Shown here: positions 19,979 to 30,607 of the stretch, piece after piece
How positions within the stretch are numbered: the stretch's first letter is position 1
How the letters are laid out: each line of letters starts with the position of its first letter
From: a virus
Virus record (IMG/VR): IMGVR_UViG_2788500300_000002
Coordinates: 34,321-98,320 of that record
Strand: one strand, 5' to 3'
DNA length: 64,000 nt
Position numbers and translations under genes: made by a program
The notes under the pieces: model-generated
Seen by the model: only the letters and a program-made list of their open reading frames with translations
Databases searched by the model: none
Told to the model about the DNA's origin: nothing

Positions 19979-21082
19979 GTGCAGAAACCGATTTACGAGC
20001 TCAAAGAGAACCCGCTGTCTATCGCGATATACGGCGAGACGGAGGACGTGTGCGACCTTGTTGAGGCTATCAAGGCCGAAGGGATTCTCACGGATTTGAT
20101 AATCAAGCCGGACGGCACAATCCTTTCAGGCCACCGCAGATACCGTGCGGCGCGACTGGCGGGGCTTATCACCGTTCCCGTGAAGGTAATGACGCCGCGC
20201 GACGCCGTGCAGGAAGAGCGCTGGATTATCTTCATGAACAGGCAAAGGAAGAAGACGCCGGGACAGCAACTCAAAGAGATTGAGCGACTGCGGACGCTGT
20301 TTGAGCGTGAAGGGCTTCAACGAATGTCAGAAGCCGCAAAAGAAGAGCGTGCATCACGAAAACTCAAGGCGACGGAAGGGAAAAACGAGGCTTTGTTGGA
20401 AACCAACAAACCCTCAAATAAAACCGAAACACCTGTCGCAGAACCCGAGTTCAATATCGAAGAAATTTACGAGGGCGCGATTGAGCGAACCGCTGAAAAA
20501 GAATCGCAAACGCAACATTCAGCGATTGAATCAACACCTTCTGAAGGTCAATCAACACCTTCGGCGGCGCAATCACAACCTTTAGGGCGTCAATCAACAC
20601 CTAAGCCCGCGCCAATCAACATGCGTAAGAAAATCGCGCATGAGATGGGCGTTTCAGAGAACTACGTCCACCAGCTCCAGACCGTCGGCGAGGCCGTCAA
20701 AGCCGGAGTGCCTGAAGCCAAAGAAGCGCTCGACCGCGCTAACAGGGGCGAGATAACAGTAAACCGCGCCTACGAGATAACGAAGAAAGCCACAACGCCG
20801 GAGAAGCCGATACAGATTCCGTTCTCCGAAGGAGCGGCGGCGATACCGGGCACGGCCCTGCACGAGTTCTATAAACGTGCGAAGCCAGTCGGCGCATGGG
20901 TGGAAGAGCTCAAATCGCAGCTTCGGCACGATTCGCCGGACATGACGCTGAGCACGGCTTACAGCTTATCGGGGTTTGTAGCGGTCGAGCTTTTGAGATA
21001 TCGGGAACTCAGCGCCGAGATAGAAGACTATATCGCAAGACACGGAGGCGAAGACATTGAGCAGGACGAAGACGAATACTAA
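19979..21082 (+). CDS. ParB/Srx N-terminal domain protein
   Basis: PLSIAIYG...IKAEGILTDLII...ILSGHRRYRAA motif. Confidence 0.75.
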   Translation: MQKPIYELKENPLSIAIYGETEDVCDLVEAIKAEGILTDLIIKPDGTILSGHRRYRAARLAGLITVPVKVMTPRDAVQEERWIIFMNRQRKKTPGQQLKEIERLRTLFEREGLQRMSEAAKEERASRKLKATEGKNEALLETNKPSNKTETPVAEPEFNIEEIYEGAIERTAEKESQTQHSAIESTPSEGQSTPSAAQSQPLGRQSTPKPAPINMRKKIAHEMGVSENYVHQLQTVGEAVKAGVPEAKEALDRANRGEITVNRAYEITKKATTPEKPIQIPFSEGAAAIPGTALHEFYKRAKPVGAWVEELKSQLRHDSPDMTLSTAYSLSGFVAVELLRYRELSAEIEDYIARHGGEDIEQDEDEY

Positions 21083-21578
21083 GACAAAGCGCGAACGGTT
21101 CAGGGGCGACATCGAAGACGTAAAGGCTTACGCGAGAAAGACCGGCAGCATAGACCAGCCGACGCTGATTGAAATGCTCGACCCCGTGACGGATCTTACC
21201 GAGGCTGTTCAGATGTACAACAGCAAAGTCTGTAACGCTGCGGCGCGTCAGGCCGGACTCATAGCTCACAGGCAAGGCAATATCTTCGTTTACACGCTGG
21301 AAGAGCAGATGAACGACGCCGCAAAAATGTCAGCGGTCGGCTTCCGCTGTCAATGGTGGTTCGGGGCTATGCGGAAGATACGCAAGTACATTTTTGAGCT
21401 GACCGCGCAGCTTAGCCTGTTCGGCGAAGACGAAGAGTCTATGCGCGAAAAGCTCAACTTCATAAGGAAAATCAGAAACGAGCTTAGAGGTGCGTTAAAG
21501 GTTTTTTCCGTCGCGGAGCGCCGCCTGTCCGAGCGGATAAGGCGAGAAGAGCATATACGCGAGAGACGCGCCGGTTAG
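21057..21578 (+). CDS. Hypothetical phage protein
   Basis: ORF coupled to the ParB-like gene. Confidence 0.55.
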   Translation: MSRTKTNTKTKRERFRGDIEDVKAYARKTGSIDQPTLIEMLDPVTDLTEAVQMYNSKVCNAAARQAGLIAHRQGNIFVYTLEEQMNDAAKMSAVGFRCQWWFGAMRKIRKYIFELTAQLSLFGEDEESMREKLNFIRKIRNELRGALKVFSVAERRLSERIRREEHIRERRAG

Positions 21579-21596
21579 GTTAAAGGAGGAATCGCA

Positions 21597-21845
21597 ATGA
21601 AGCGAGAAATAGACGTCAGTAAAATCCCGCGCCGCGGATACATCGGCAAGCGCGAGGTCGAGGCCATTTTCGGCTACACGTGGCAGACGCTCACCCGGCA
21701 CATGGAGAAGGGGTTAATCACTCTTCCGGCTCCGATGTGCAGGCGCGTTCCTGAAGGCGTGTACGGGGCGACAGCTCCGCTCAAGTGGCCAGCAGAAGAG
21801 ATATGGGCGGCGTACAGGGAAAGCCGTAAAGGAGTTGCCGCATGA
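21597..21845 (+). CDS. AlpA/excisionase-like winged HTH protein
   Basis: IGKREVEAIFGYTWQTLTRHMEKG...P...W pattern; strong RBS. Confidence 0.55.
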   Translation: MKREIDVSKIPRRGYIGKREVEAIFGYTWQTLTRHMEKGLITLPAPMCRRVPEGVYGATAPLKWPAEEIWAAYRESRKGVAA

Positions 21846-22414
21846 GCACGCCCACATATCTGCTTATCACGACCGGCTGCTTGACTTTGATAGTAGCGGT
21901 CGGCTTGCTCGCGGCGCACGTAGAAAGCGCACGGCGCGAGCGCGAGATGATACGCCGGCCGCGAGAGTGGCGACACGGGAGGATAGAGCAATGACCTGGG
22001 AAGCCCTTGCGCTCATAGCGCTGATGTTTATCGGCATCGTCGGCGATTGCATCAAGGCGACGCCGGAGGATTGGGAGGAAGACGCAACATGGGAAGAATA
22101 ACCCAAAAAATAGACCACTTGGATTTTGAAAAGATAAAATTCGCCACGCTGTCTGCAATACACAAACTGCAAAAAGACGACTGTTTTATAGTCGCGATTT
22201 TACGAAATGTTGATGAAGGTAAAGCACAAGTCGAAACTCACAGCGGCATAACGCCAAGCGCGGCCCGTTGGCTGTTCCTATCGCTCTTTGAAAACCCCGA
22301 AATGCGGCGGGCCGCATCCTTCGTCCTGTCCTCGTTTAAGAAGATGAGCGCCGAGGAAATACAGGAGCTTCTTGAAGCGCTAGATGCTTCAATGGCAGAG
22401 GAGGAAAACGCAGA

Positions 22415-22720
22415 ATGAAATTCATCCTTTTCAAAGGCCGCCACTCTCACCCGGAGATAGACGGCCTTCCCGCAATATTCCCGGACGGCGTTGACGTGAT
22501 GGACTTCGCGCGGCTGTTTGAGATTGCGACCGCCGCGGTCTCTAAGGTTGCGAAAGTCCACGGCGAGAGGCTGGATTTGTACTGCACCGGGCTGACCCCG
22601 GCGGTCTGCGCCGTAGTCAACGCCTGCATCTGGTGTGACGTAGAGCTTACCTGTTGGCACTACGATAAGGCAGCGGACGGTTACAAGCCGCAGAAGATAA
22701 CGACGACTGCGGCGTTTTAG
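22415..22720 (+). CDS. Hypothetical phage protein (GRH / YxTGLT / WHYD motifs)
   Basis: Coupled ORF with natural alpha/beta composition. Confidence 0.6.
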   Translation: MKFILFKGRHSHPEIDGLPAIFPDGVDVMDFARLFEIATAAVSKVAKVHGERLDLYCTGLTPAVCAVVNACIWCDVELTCWHYDKAADGYKPQKITTTAAF

Positions 22721-22740
22721 GAGTAAGGGGGAATCATACA

Positions 22741-22905
22741 ATGCCCAAAAAGGAAAGTGGCCAGCCGCAAAAACGTAATGTAACTATTAGGTTTTCTGTC
22801 GATGAAATCACATGGTTACAAACAGAGGCCGCCAAAAACTATCGAACGATGGCGCAGTTTGTCAGATGGATAATCGCAAAACACAGAAAAGAACAAGGTG
22901 CTTAG
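22741..22905 (+). CDS. 54-aa ribbon-helix-helix (Arc-like) protein
   Basis: MPKKESGQPQKRNVTIRFSVDEITWLQTEAAKNYRTMAQFVRWII; RBS upstream; not in the ORF track. Confidence 0.7.
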   Translation: MPKKESGQPQKRNVTIRFSVDEITWLQTEAAKNYRTMAQFVRWIIAKHRKEQGA

Positions 22906-23153
22906 AACATATGTCCAAATTTTTTATTGAATTCTTCGTCCGTGAGAAACTTTCCCTCTTCATGGTCGTAGTAAACGTATCCTAGTTGTTCTCTTGTATC
23001 AATGACGTAATTTGTGAGCACACTATAGACTAAGTTTGCAAGAGACCGCATCTCTATATTGGCTAAAAGTTGTAGTTGCTCGCGCAGTTCATCATCAATA
23101 CGAATGGTTAGGTTCTTTTTGGGTTTTACAGTTTTTCTCGGCATCGTCATCAC
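22902..23153 (-). CDS. Ribbon-helix-helix (Arc/Mnt-like) regulator
   Basis: KKNLTIRIDDELREQLQLLANIEMRSLANLV motif. Confidence 0.75.
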   Translation of the reverse strand: MMTMPRKTVKPKKNLTIRIDDELREQLQLLANIEMRSLANLVYSVLTNYVIDTREQLGYVYYDHEEGKFLTDEEFNKKFGHMF

Positions 23154-23196
23154 TCCTCTTGCGAATACATTAAGAGTATAGCACTTACAAGAAATT

Positions 23197-23265
23197 GCAA
23201 TGCAAATACAGCTTTACGCAATGCAAATAAAAACATATAATATAAGCAAGTAAATGCAATGCAAA
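23197..23265. repeat. Three GCAATGCAAA operator-like repeats
   Basis: Copies at 23197, 23218 and 23256 in an AT-rich divergent intergenic region. Confidence 0.7.
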
Positions 23266-23283
23266 AAGGAGGCATGTTGAGCA

Positions 23284-24548
23284 ATGACAATCCTTGAACG
23301 ACTGCAAGACGCACCGAGACAACCGCGCCGGATGGCGACGAACCGCCGCCGCGAGGAATGCTACGAGGCCACGAAAGAGCTTCTCCCTCAAATCATCGAG
23401 GCAAAAGAGTACGGCTACACGTGGCACTCAATACGCAACATGGTGGAGCAGATACTTCGCGAGCGAGGCATCTGGCGCAAGCACTGGGACAACTGGGACA
23501 TACAGGCCAACTATTACAGGCTGATGAAGGAGGCGAAACAGCAATGACCATCGCAGACAAGGCGCGCGAAATCCTTGAGTACGTCTGCTCCGCGGACGCA
23601 CGCAATACTAACCCGCACGCGAAGGACATCGCGGACGTTATGACGGCAAAGCAGGCTATGGCGGTGTGTGCCATAGCCGAGGAAGGAGGTAACTGAAAAT
23701 GGGCTTTGAAGGAGTAAAAGAGACGCCCACGGCGGTCACCGTGAGCGGTCAAAGAACGGGTGTTTTTGCGAGAGACACCACAGATATTTTAACACGGATT
23801 CTCACAGAGATGGAGTTCTTCGAGGGCTTCCGCGCGTGGTGCGGATACGGGAAAGAGCTCGAATGGAGGCTGACGGCATGACGGTCAAAGAGATGTACGC
23901 GCGTCTCGACGCGATAGAAAACGAGCTGGACGAGCTGAGCGAAAAACTTGACATGAACGCCTTTTGCCATAAGTGCAGATACGCGGAGGTTAGGAGCGGT
24001 ACTAAAGAGATATGCGGCTTTGAGCTGCACTATGAATACCTCGATTGCCCTTCTGGCCTTTGGGTTGACGCAAAATGCCCTCGCTTTGAGGAGTACAGAG
24101 AGACAGAGGCTCGTTTCGACGAGCTTAAACGCGAATACTGCGAGATCGCAGACTCGCCGGTGAGCGCAGAGGTGACGAACTGATGACGCTGGACAAACTG
24201 AAATCGAAGATATTAGTCGCCGCGCGTGAAACGGACGGGGCGGCCTTCGACCTTCTCCGCTTCGGCACGACCGACGCGGAGGCCGATACGTACACAGTAC
24301 CGGCCGAGTACGTCCGCAAGCTTAGCGAAAGCCGCATGAAACTCCACGAGGCGATAGATAAGCTCGACATAGAGCGCGACAAAGAGAAGCTGCGCCCTAT
24401 CGTGAGCAGATATGAACAGCGCGTGCTCGATGAGCAGCTAGGGCTCCGCGAGCCGCGTCTAACCATACCGCTCGCAGACGATTATGAAATCGACTGGGAT
24501 TTTGACATGACGGGGCGCCCTGTCTACAGGACGCACATCGGGAATTAA
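23284..24548 (+). CDS. Cluster of small hypothetical early genes (23284-23547, 23544-23696, 23699-23881, 23878-24183, 24183-24548)
   Basis: Tightly coupled ORFs with RBSs and overlapping stop/start codons. Confidence 0.5.
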
Positions 24549-24561
24549 GGGAGGAATTGAA

Positions 24562-25494
24562 ATGGCATTCAGGAAAGCGGAACGCAGACAGGCAAAATTA
24601 CGGCTCGGGCTCATCGGGCCGTCGGGTTCGGGCAAGACATACGGTGCGCTTCTTATTGCGCAGGGGCTCGGAGGAAAGATCGCCCTTATAGACAGCGAAA
24701 ACGGGAGCGGCGAGCTTTACGCCGATATGTGCGACTACGACGTGTGTCAGCTTGCGCCGGAATTTACGCCGCAGAAATACATAGCTGCTATCCACGAAGC
24801 GGAGCGCGCGGGTTACGACGTCATCATCATAGACAGCTTGTCGCACGCTTGGGCGGGCGCAGGCGGCGTGCTTGAAATGGTGGACAAGCGCAAGGGACGC
24901 GGCAACGACTTCGCCGCGTGGCGCGATGTGACGCCGCAGCACAACGCCCTCGTAGACGCAATGCTGCAAAGCCCGTGCCACATAATTGCTACGATGCGCT
25001 CTAAGACCGCTTACGACATGGAGAAGGACGAGCGCACCGGCAAAATCAAACCGGTCAAGATAGGGCTCGCGCCTGTGCAGCGTGAGGGCATGGACTATGA
25101 ATTTACGGTCGTCCTTGAGATAGACCAGCAGAAGCACATGGCGGAGGCTACAAAAGACCGTACGTCGCTCTTCGACGGCGAAATTTTCAAAATCACGCCG
25201 GAGACTGGGGAAAAGCTCAGGGCATGGCTTGAGACCGGCCTACCGGCAGAAACTGTGCGCCCGAACAAAACACAGGCCGCGCCGAAGCCGCTCACCGAAG
25301 CCCAGCAGGCACAACGCACGCTTATCGGTATGTTGACCGACGACGCGGGGCTCGGGCTGCGCAAAGACGAGTGCGGCGCGTGGATAAAACAGACGCTCGG
25401 ACGCGACATCAAGAGCATGAGCGAGCTCGAGCTCGGGGACATAGAGGTCTGCATACAGGCAGCGCAGGACGCTATAGGGCGTAAGGTTGCGTGA
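24562..25494 (+). CDS. AAA-family ATPase (Sak4/AAA_24-like recombination protein)
   Basis: GPSGSGKT Walker A, LIDSE, IIDSLSHAW, EGMDYEFT. Confidence 0.8.
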   Translation: MAFRKAERRQAKLRLGLIGPSGSGKTYGALLIAQGLGGKIALIDSENGSGELYADMCDYDVCQLAPEFTPQKYIAAIHEAERAGYDVIIIDSLSHAWAGAGGVLEMVDKRKGRGNDFAAWRDVTPQHNALVDAMLQSPCHIIATMRSKTAYDMEKDERTGKIKPVKIGLAPVQREGMDYEFTVVLEIDQQKHMAEATKDRTSLFDGEIFKITPETGEKLRAWLETGLPAETVRPNKTQAAPKPLTEAQQAQRTLIGMLTDDAGLGLRKDECGAWIKQTLGRDIKSMSELELGDIEVCIQAAQDAIGRKVA

Positions 25495-25557
25495 TTGGAC
25501 GGTGGCTATTTCCATTTTGGAAATAGCCACTGATGACTAGATAAGGAGGAATTAAAG

Positions 25558-25977
25558 ATGAAAAGAGAATGGATACCTTTTCCCGAGGGAGAAATATATG
25601 ACCCGGTGTTTGAAGCCGTAGCCAGGCGCGCCGGAGTATCAAGAGGCAAGGCGGTTCTCGTCTACATAATGTTGATAAACCATGTAATGAAGAACGGAAA
25701 TTCCTGCGACGGACATTATGTCTATTTTGATACTGATACATGTGATGCAGCGTTTGATTTCGCCGAAGGTACGAGCGCGGCAGTCGTTAGAGCCCTTAAA
25801 GACAAGGACCTTATCGACATGGAAGATGGCAGCTGCTGTTTGACAAGGTGGGTAGACTATGCGTACCTTGAGGCGACCGCATTGGCGGAACAGGATACAC
25901 GGACAAGGGCAAAAATAGAGCTGGAACAGGAAGAAAAAAGCGCGCCTGTTTGTCCAACAAGCCAAGAAAAGAATTAA
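25558..25977 (+). CDS. Hypothetical protein (possible replication-associated wHTH)
   Basis: ORF with RBS upstream of the initiator. Confidence 0.5.
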   Translation: MKREWIPFPEGEIYDPVFEAVARRAGVSRGKAVLVYIMLINHVMKNGNSCDGHYVYFDTDTCDAAFDFAEGTSAAVVRALKDKDLIDMEDGSCCLTRWVDYAYLEATALAEQDTRTRAKIELEQEEKSAPVCPTSQEKN

Positions 25978-25995
25978 AGTCCCTGAGGCCCTTCA

Positions 25996-27051
25996 ATGAG
26001 ATCGCGATATATAAAACCGGGATTTTTTACCAGTGAACAGCTTGCTGAGTGTAGCTTCGCCGCCCGCATTCTCTTTGAGGGGCTATGGTGCTATGCAGAC
26101 CGAAGGGGGAGAATGGAAGATCGTCCTAAGAGATTAAAGGCGGCGATTTTCCCGTATGACAACGTAGATATTTCCTCGCTTCTCAATGAGCTTATAACCA
26201 ATGAGCTGATTGTCCGTTATGAGGTCGATGGCAAGCATTACATTTGGATTCCCAATTTTCTGCTCCATCAACGCCCCCATCAGAATGAAACGGACAGCAT
26301 TATTCCGCCTTGCGAGCTTGAGCTAGAAATGGTGCGGAATGGCGCTATTAAGCCGGAAGAGGGCGAGCCTAAAAATGCGGCAGGACGGCAGAACAACGCC
26401 GAACCATGTCAGTGCAAAGAGCCAAGCACTTGTCCCCAGGGCAATACAGACTTGTTACCAAGGTGCGAAGCCCTTGCCACCAAGGTCGAAAGCACTTGCG
26501 ACCATGGCAACAAGCACTTCGCCCTTGAGAACTTGAGAACTGGAGAACTTGAAAATACAAATACACGTCCCCTGCCGGAGCCGGGGACTGGCGCTAGCGC
26601 GCCCAGCGCGTCGGCGAATGATTGCCCTCACGAGGCCATAATCGGGCTTTACCACGAGATTTTGCCCATGCTCCCGCGTGTCAAGGTCTGGAACGACTCT
26701 CGGCGCTCCATGCTGCGAACGCGATGGCGCGAGGACAAGGCGCGACAAAACCTCGCGTGGTGGCGGCAGTACTTCGAGACCGTCGCGGCGAGTGATTTTC
26801 TCTGCGGCCGATGTCCGCCGGGCAAGTCAAGGCGCCCATTCATGGCAGATTTGGAATGGCTGATTAGGCCTGGGAATATGCCGAATGTGCTTGAAGGGCG
26901 CTACAAGAATCGCGGTTCCACTCTGCCCTCGTCCACGCCCAAGCCGCAGGCAAGCCGGGGGGAAGAACCGATGACCTACGAGAACTGTGGCGAAGTGTGG
27001 GAATGGGCCCCGTGGCCCGAGGACGGAGAACCGGATAAGGCGGTGAGTTAG
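25996..27051 (+). CDS. Phage replication initiator protein
   Basis: MRSRYIKPGFFTSE N-terminus, GLWCYADRRGR, C-terminal ADLEWLIR; precedes the helicase; contains iterons. Confidence 0.8.
   Translation: MRSRYIKPGFFTSEQLAECSFAARILFEGLWCYADRRGRMEDRPKRLKAAIFPYDNVDISSLLNELITNELIVRYEVDGKHYIWIPNFLLHQRPHQNETDSIIPPCELELEMVRNGAIKPEEGEPKNAAGRQNNAEPCQCKEPSTCPQGNTDLLPRCEALATKVESTCDHGNKHFALENLRTGELENTNTRPLPEPGTGASAPSASANDCPHEAIIGLYHEILPMLPRVKVWNDSRRSMLRTRWREDKARQNLAWWRQYFETVAASDFLCGRCPPGKSRRPFMADLEWLIRPGNMPNVLEGRYKNRGSTLPSSTPKPQASRGEEPMTYENCGEVWEWAPWPEDGEPDKAVS
26424..26552 (+). repeat. Putative replication origin: five 22-bp-period iterons plus a GAGAACT triplet
   Basis: CTTG/CTTC cores at 26429, 26451, 26473, 26495 and 26517; consensus AAGCACTTGnnACCAAGG. 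Confidence 0.75.
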
Positions 27052-27055
27052 CAGG

Positions 27056-28231
27056 ATGGAAAGGCCAGTATCGCCGTTAAACATCAAGCAGGCGGGGGCG
27101 AAGTTCAACAGGCCTGAAGCGGAAACGCTCGAGCAAATGTGCATTGCGTTGGGCGAAGAGGCTAAGTGGTGGGCGAGCCGGGGCGGCAAGCCGACGGACA
27201 TAGCGAAACAGCTTATGACTAGCGTTCGGATGTGCGGGGAGCCTCCGTTCATCTCTGCGGCCGATGTTTCGCAGATGGCGGTCAACGCTTTCAAGGCGCT
27301 AGTAGCCGAACGCCGCAGTATGGGCGCGAAAAGCAATGACCCGGCGCTGACTGAGCCCAACGACATGAGGGCTGAGCTGAAAAACATGGAGGCCATGATC
27401 GACTACCGCACGGAGCAGTTTCACTTCGGCGTTCACGAGCTCGACGACGCGATGGGAGGCGGTGTGATGAAGGGCCAGATTATGTCAATCATAGGCAACC
27501 CGGGCTCAATGAAAACGTCGCTTCTGCTTTCCGGGATTGAAACATGGGTAGCAGAAAGCCCCACACCAGTCGCGTTTTTTTCGCTGGACATGGATAAGCC
27601 CGCTATATTCGAGCGCCTTATGCTTAGGGAAATGCGCTGTGGGCGGCACGTGCTCGTAGACAAGTACCGAGCCGGCGCCGAAGAGTACAAAGCGGCGAAA
27701 GAACGCATAGGCAGGCGTTTCTCTGGGCGCATGACGGTGCTGGGCAACACAGACGGCCCCCTCTGGACGATAGACACGCTCGCGAGGTACGTGCAGTTCA
27801 ATGTTCCGGGGCTCCTGGCTATTGATTATCTGACTCTGCTCAAGAAGCTTGGACAAAGCGACTATGACACCGTGAACGAATCTATGCTCATGCTGAAAGA
27901 CCTCGCGCGCCAATACCGGACTGCGATAGTTATACTTTCGCAGATGTCTATGTCCTCGCGACGCGAACAGGCTGCTGGAGGAATGGGCGGTTCGGCCCGC
28001 GGCGGCGGCATCGTTAACGAGCTGGCGGACGTAGAAATTGAGCTGTACCGCGATATGTCAAACGACCCAAATGACACCATGCCGAAAATAATTGCAACAA
28101 TCACGAAGACGCGCAGCGGAATAGCAGGCTCAAGTTGGAAGCTTGATTATAACGGCCCGATGATGACCTTCCGAGGAACGGCGCAGCGTGTGTTTCGTAA
28201 GCGCAAGACCCAGGTATTCGAGGATGCGTAA
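27056..28231 (+). CDS. DnaB-like replicative helicase
   Basis: GNPGSMKT Walker A, FFSLDM, AIDYL, VILSQ, KTRSG. Confidence 0.85.
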   Translation: MERPVSPLNIKQAGAKFNRPEAETLEQMCIALGEEAKWWASRGGKPTDIAKQLMTSVRMCGEPPFISAADVSQMAVNAFKALVAERRSMGAKSNDPALTEPNDMRAELKNMEAMIDYRTEQFHFGVHELDDAMGGGVMKGQIMSIIGNPGSMKTSLLLSGIETWVAESPTPVAFFSLDMDKPAIFERLMLREMRCGRHVLVDKYRAGAEEYKAAKERIGRRFSGRMTVLGNTDGPLWTIDTLARYVQFNVPGLLAIDYLTLLKKLGQSDYDTVNESMLMLKDLARQYRTAIVILSQMSMSSRREQAAGGMGGSARGGGIVNELADVEIELYRDMSNDPNDTMPKIIATITKTRSGIAGSSWKLDYNGPMMTFRGTAQRVFRKRKTQVFEDA

Positions 28232-28689
28232 GAGATGTCGGCGAAATCGATTTCGTCAACATCGTAAGCCTCAGGCGTTCGAAGATGCGTAGCAGTAAGC
28301 TTTTACGGACGACCCGAAAACAGGGCTCACCCTATACGCGCCATATACCCGTTTTTCGGCCTACCGTCCACGACAAGGTTAGCACTTTTGTAAAGACGAT
28401 AAACGTTATGCCTAAAACAAGTTACGCACCTTGTCGTGCGAGATAGAGCCAAAAACGGGGAAATGGGGTGTTGTTGCTGACTGAGTTGCAAAAACTGACA
28501 CTTGAATTGCCGCGGTACGACGACAGGCTCACGGTCGAGCGCAGCGAGATGTTCCCAAAGACGCCATTCGTGATTATGGGCGAGCTTCACGGCGTGAGGT
28601 ACCCGGAGGGCTTTTACAAGACGGAGCAGGACACGCGAAACGGCTTGACCAAATTAGACGTTTATATGAACAGGAGGAGGCGGAGCGGA

Positions 28690-28890
28690 ATGCCGGAAGA
28701 GATAAAAGCGTGTAAATGCGGCTGCGAGGATATATGCGTCGCGGACGGCGTCTCGGGCACTGCGGTATTTTGCCCGCACTGCGGGCGGTTTATCCGGCGT
28801 CTGACGCGAAAGCGCGCGGTAGAGGCGTGGAACGAAGGCAAGGCGAGGGTGAGCAGGGACGAATACCGCGGAAGGAGACGGAGAAGATGA
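28690..28890 (+). CDS. Lar-like zinc-finger protein
   Basis: CKCG...CPHC...AVEAWN; the ORF track extends it upstream to 28468. Confidence 0.5.
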   Translation: MPEEIKACKCGCEDICVADGVSGTAVFCPHCGRFIRRLTRKRAVEAWNEGKARVSRDEYRGRRRRR

Positions 28891-29944
28891 CCGAAACGAC
28901 GCAAGAAACAATCAAAATCGCGCGGAGTTGGCTGGAAAACGAAGAGAAGTTCGGAGACCCAAACGCGCCGACGCCCGGCACGATGACAGCGCTGGCTGTG
29001 GTGGAGCTTGCGGAGAAGGTCAAAGGGCTGGAAGAAAAATACAGGTGGAGGAAATATCAAGACGAGCCACTGTCTACTGCGACGGGATATGTGCTGTTGT
29101 ATTACAAAACATGCGAAGGTAATGAGATTTTTGTTATGGGCGATGCCAGAGAGGTAGAAGAGCAGTACGCCGGTGTGTGGGGGATAAGCGAAGATAGGCG
29201 AGTGTACAAACTGAGTATTTATTGGCATCCGCTGGACTTGCCGGAGGAGGCCGCGAAATGACGAACTTTGAACGCATCCGCATAATGACCACGGAGGAGA
29301 TGGCAACTCTATTGGAATCAGAGGCTTGTCAGTGCTGCGCTTACTATAATCTCGCCCCTTGTAGTTTTAAGTCCTGCAAAGAGGGCATCAAGAAGTGGCT
29401 GGAACAAGAGGTGGAAAACTAATGACGAACCTCGAACACACAAAAGGGAAAAAGCACTTATTAGGTGAAACCCCATGCGAGACGTGCGCTTATAGGGGCA
29501 CGTCTGACTGCGGAACGAAACTTTGCGAAGATGGAATCAATGAGTGGCTGGAAGGGAGGGTGCAGGACGATGAGCGAGTTGACTAAAGGGTTTGAAAAAT
29601 ACTTCCCGCTGCCGTGGGGCATATCGTTTTATGGGGACGGCGTTCACTACATCGACTCGAAAAACGGTAGCGGCTTCTGGATTATGGAGGACAGGGAGGG
29701 CGACGCTACAAAAAAGCAGGACACGGCAGAAGGGCGTGCCGCGATGGAATACATGGCGAAATGCGCGAACCTCATGCCGGAGGTCATAAAGGTATTGAAA
29801 CAAGCACAAGACGGGATAAAAGAAGCGTGCAATTATCACTGTTACTACACTTGCCCTAGTTGCGATTGGTGTGAAGCGCAGTTGGCGGAAGAGCAAATAG
29901 GTGCCCTGCTCGCCAAGCTGGAAGGAGACGCGGAAACAAAATGA
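28887..29944 (+). CDS. Small hypothetical early/middle genes (28887-29261, 29258-29422, 29570-29944)
   Basis: Coupled short ORFs, several Cys-rich (MTNFERIR... type). Confidence 0.45.
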
Positions 29945-30103
29945 TTGCATGTGCATATCTCATAGCGTGGGTAATCTCTGGCGCGTCCCTGCTAGCGCTT
30001 GCGATCTATAAGGACGCGAGTTGGGGCGTCTACTTTGCGATACTGCTGCTCATGCTTATAACGGGTTCAGTCAAAATCAACATAAAGTCTGGAGGCAAGG
30101 GAG

Positions 30104-30520
30104 ATGCGAGAGATTAAATTCCGCGGCAAAGACGCAGAAAACGGCGAATGGGTATACGGAGACCTATGCACTCTGCGCGCGAAAGATGGTGAAGTCACTG
30201 TCAACCGCCTTTATAAGCATGAAGTATCTGGGCTACACGTTGTAATAAGCACTCCCGTTGACCCCACCACCGTAGGCCAGTACACGGGGCTGAAGGACAA
30301 GAACGGCGTAGAAGTCTACGAGGGCGACATACTGTCCCGCAACAATGCCCAGTTCCCAATGCGCGGCCCCGTTAAATACGAAAACGGCGGCTTTTACTTT
30401 CACGATGAAGAATCGGGATTTTGCCAATATCTGTTACCTGATATTGCAAAGCGGGGAGTGCTGAAAGAGTTAGAGGTCGTCGGCAACATACACGACGACG
30501 CGGGGCTGCTCAATAATTAG
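30104..30520 (+). CDS. YopX family protein
   Basis: MREIKFRGK...VGQYTGLKDKNGVEVYEGDIL...EVVGNIHD. Confidence 0.9.
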   Translation: MREIKFRGKDAENGEWVYGDLCTLRAKDGEVTVNRLYKHEVSGLHVVISTPVDPTTVGQYTGLKDKNGVEVYEGDILSRNNAQFPMRGPVKYENGGFYFHDEESGFCQYLLPDIAKRGVLKELEVVGNIHDDAGLLNN

Positions 30521-30607
30521 TAAATCGTTTATTCCACACAAACCATTTTGCGAACCGTAAAACGCGAAATACGAGTAGCAAAAAGTTCAGATAGAAAGGA
30601 GCTTATA

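Noticed and set aside
28211-28460. Degenerate duplication of the helicase 3' end (CAGG..TTCGA.GATGCGTA) and the ORF 28327-28590 on minus
   Set aside because: No convincing start, RBS or domain; the roughly 20-bp similarity may be a recombination scar or chance.
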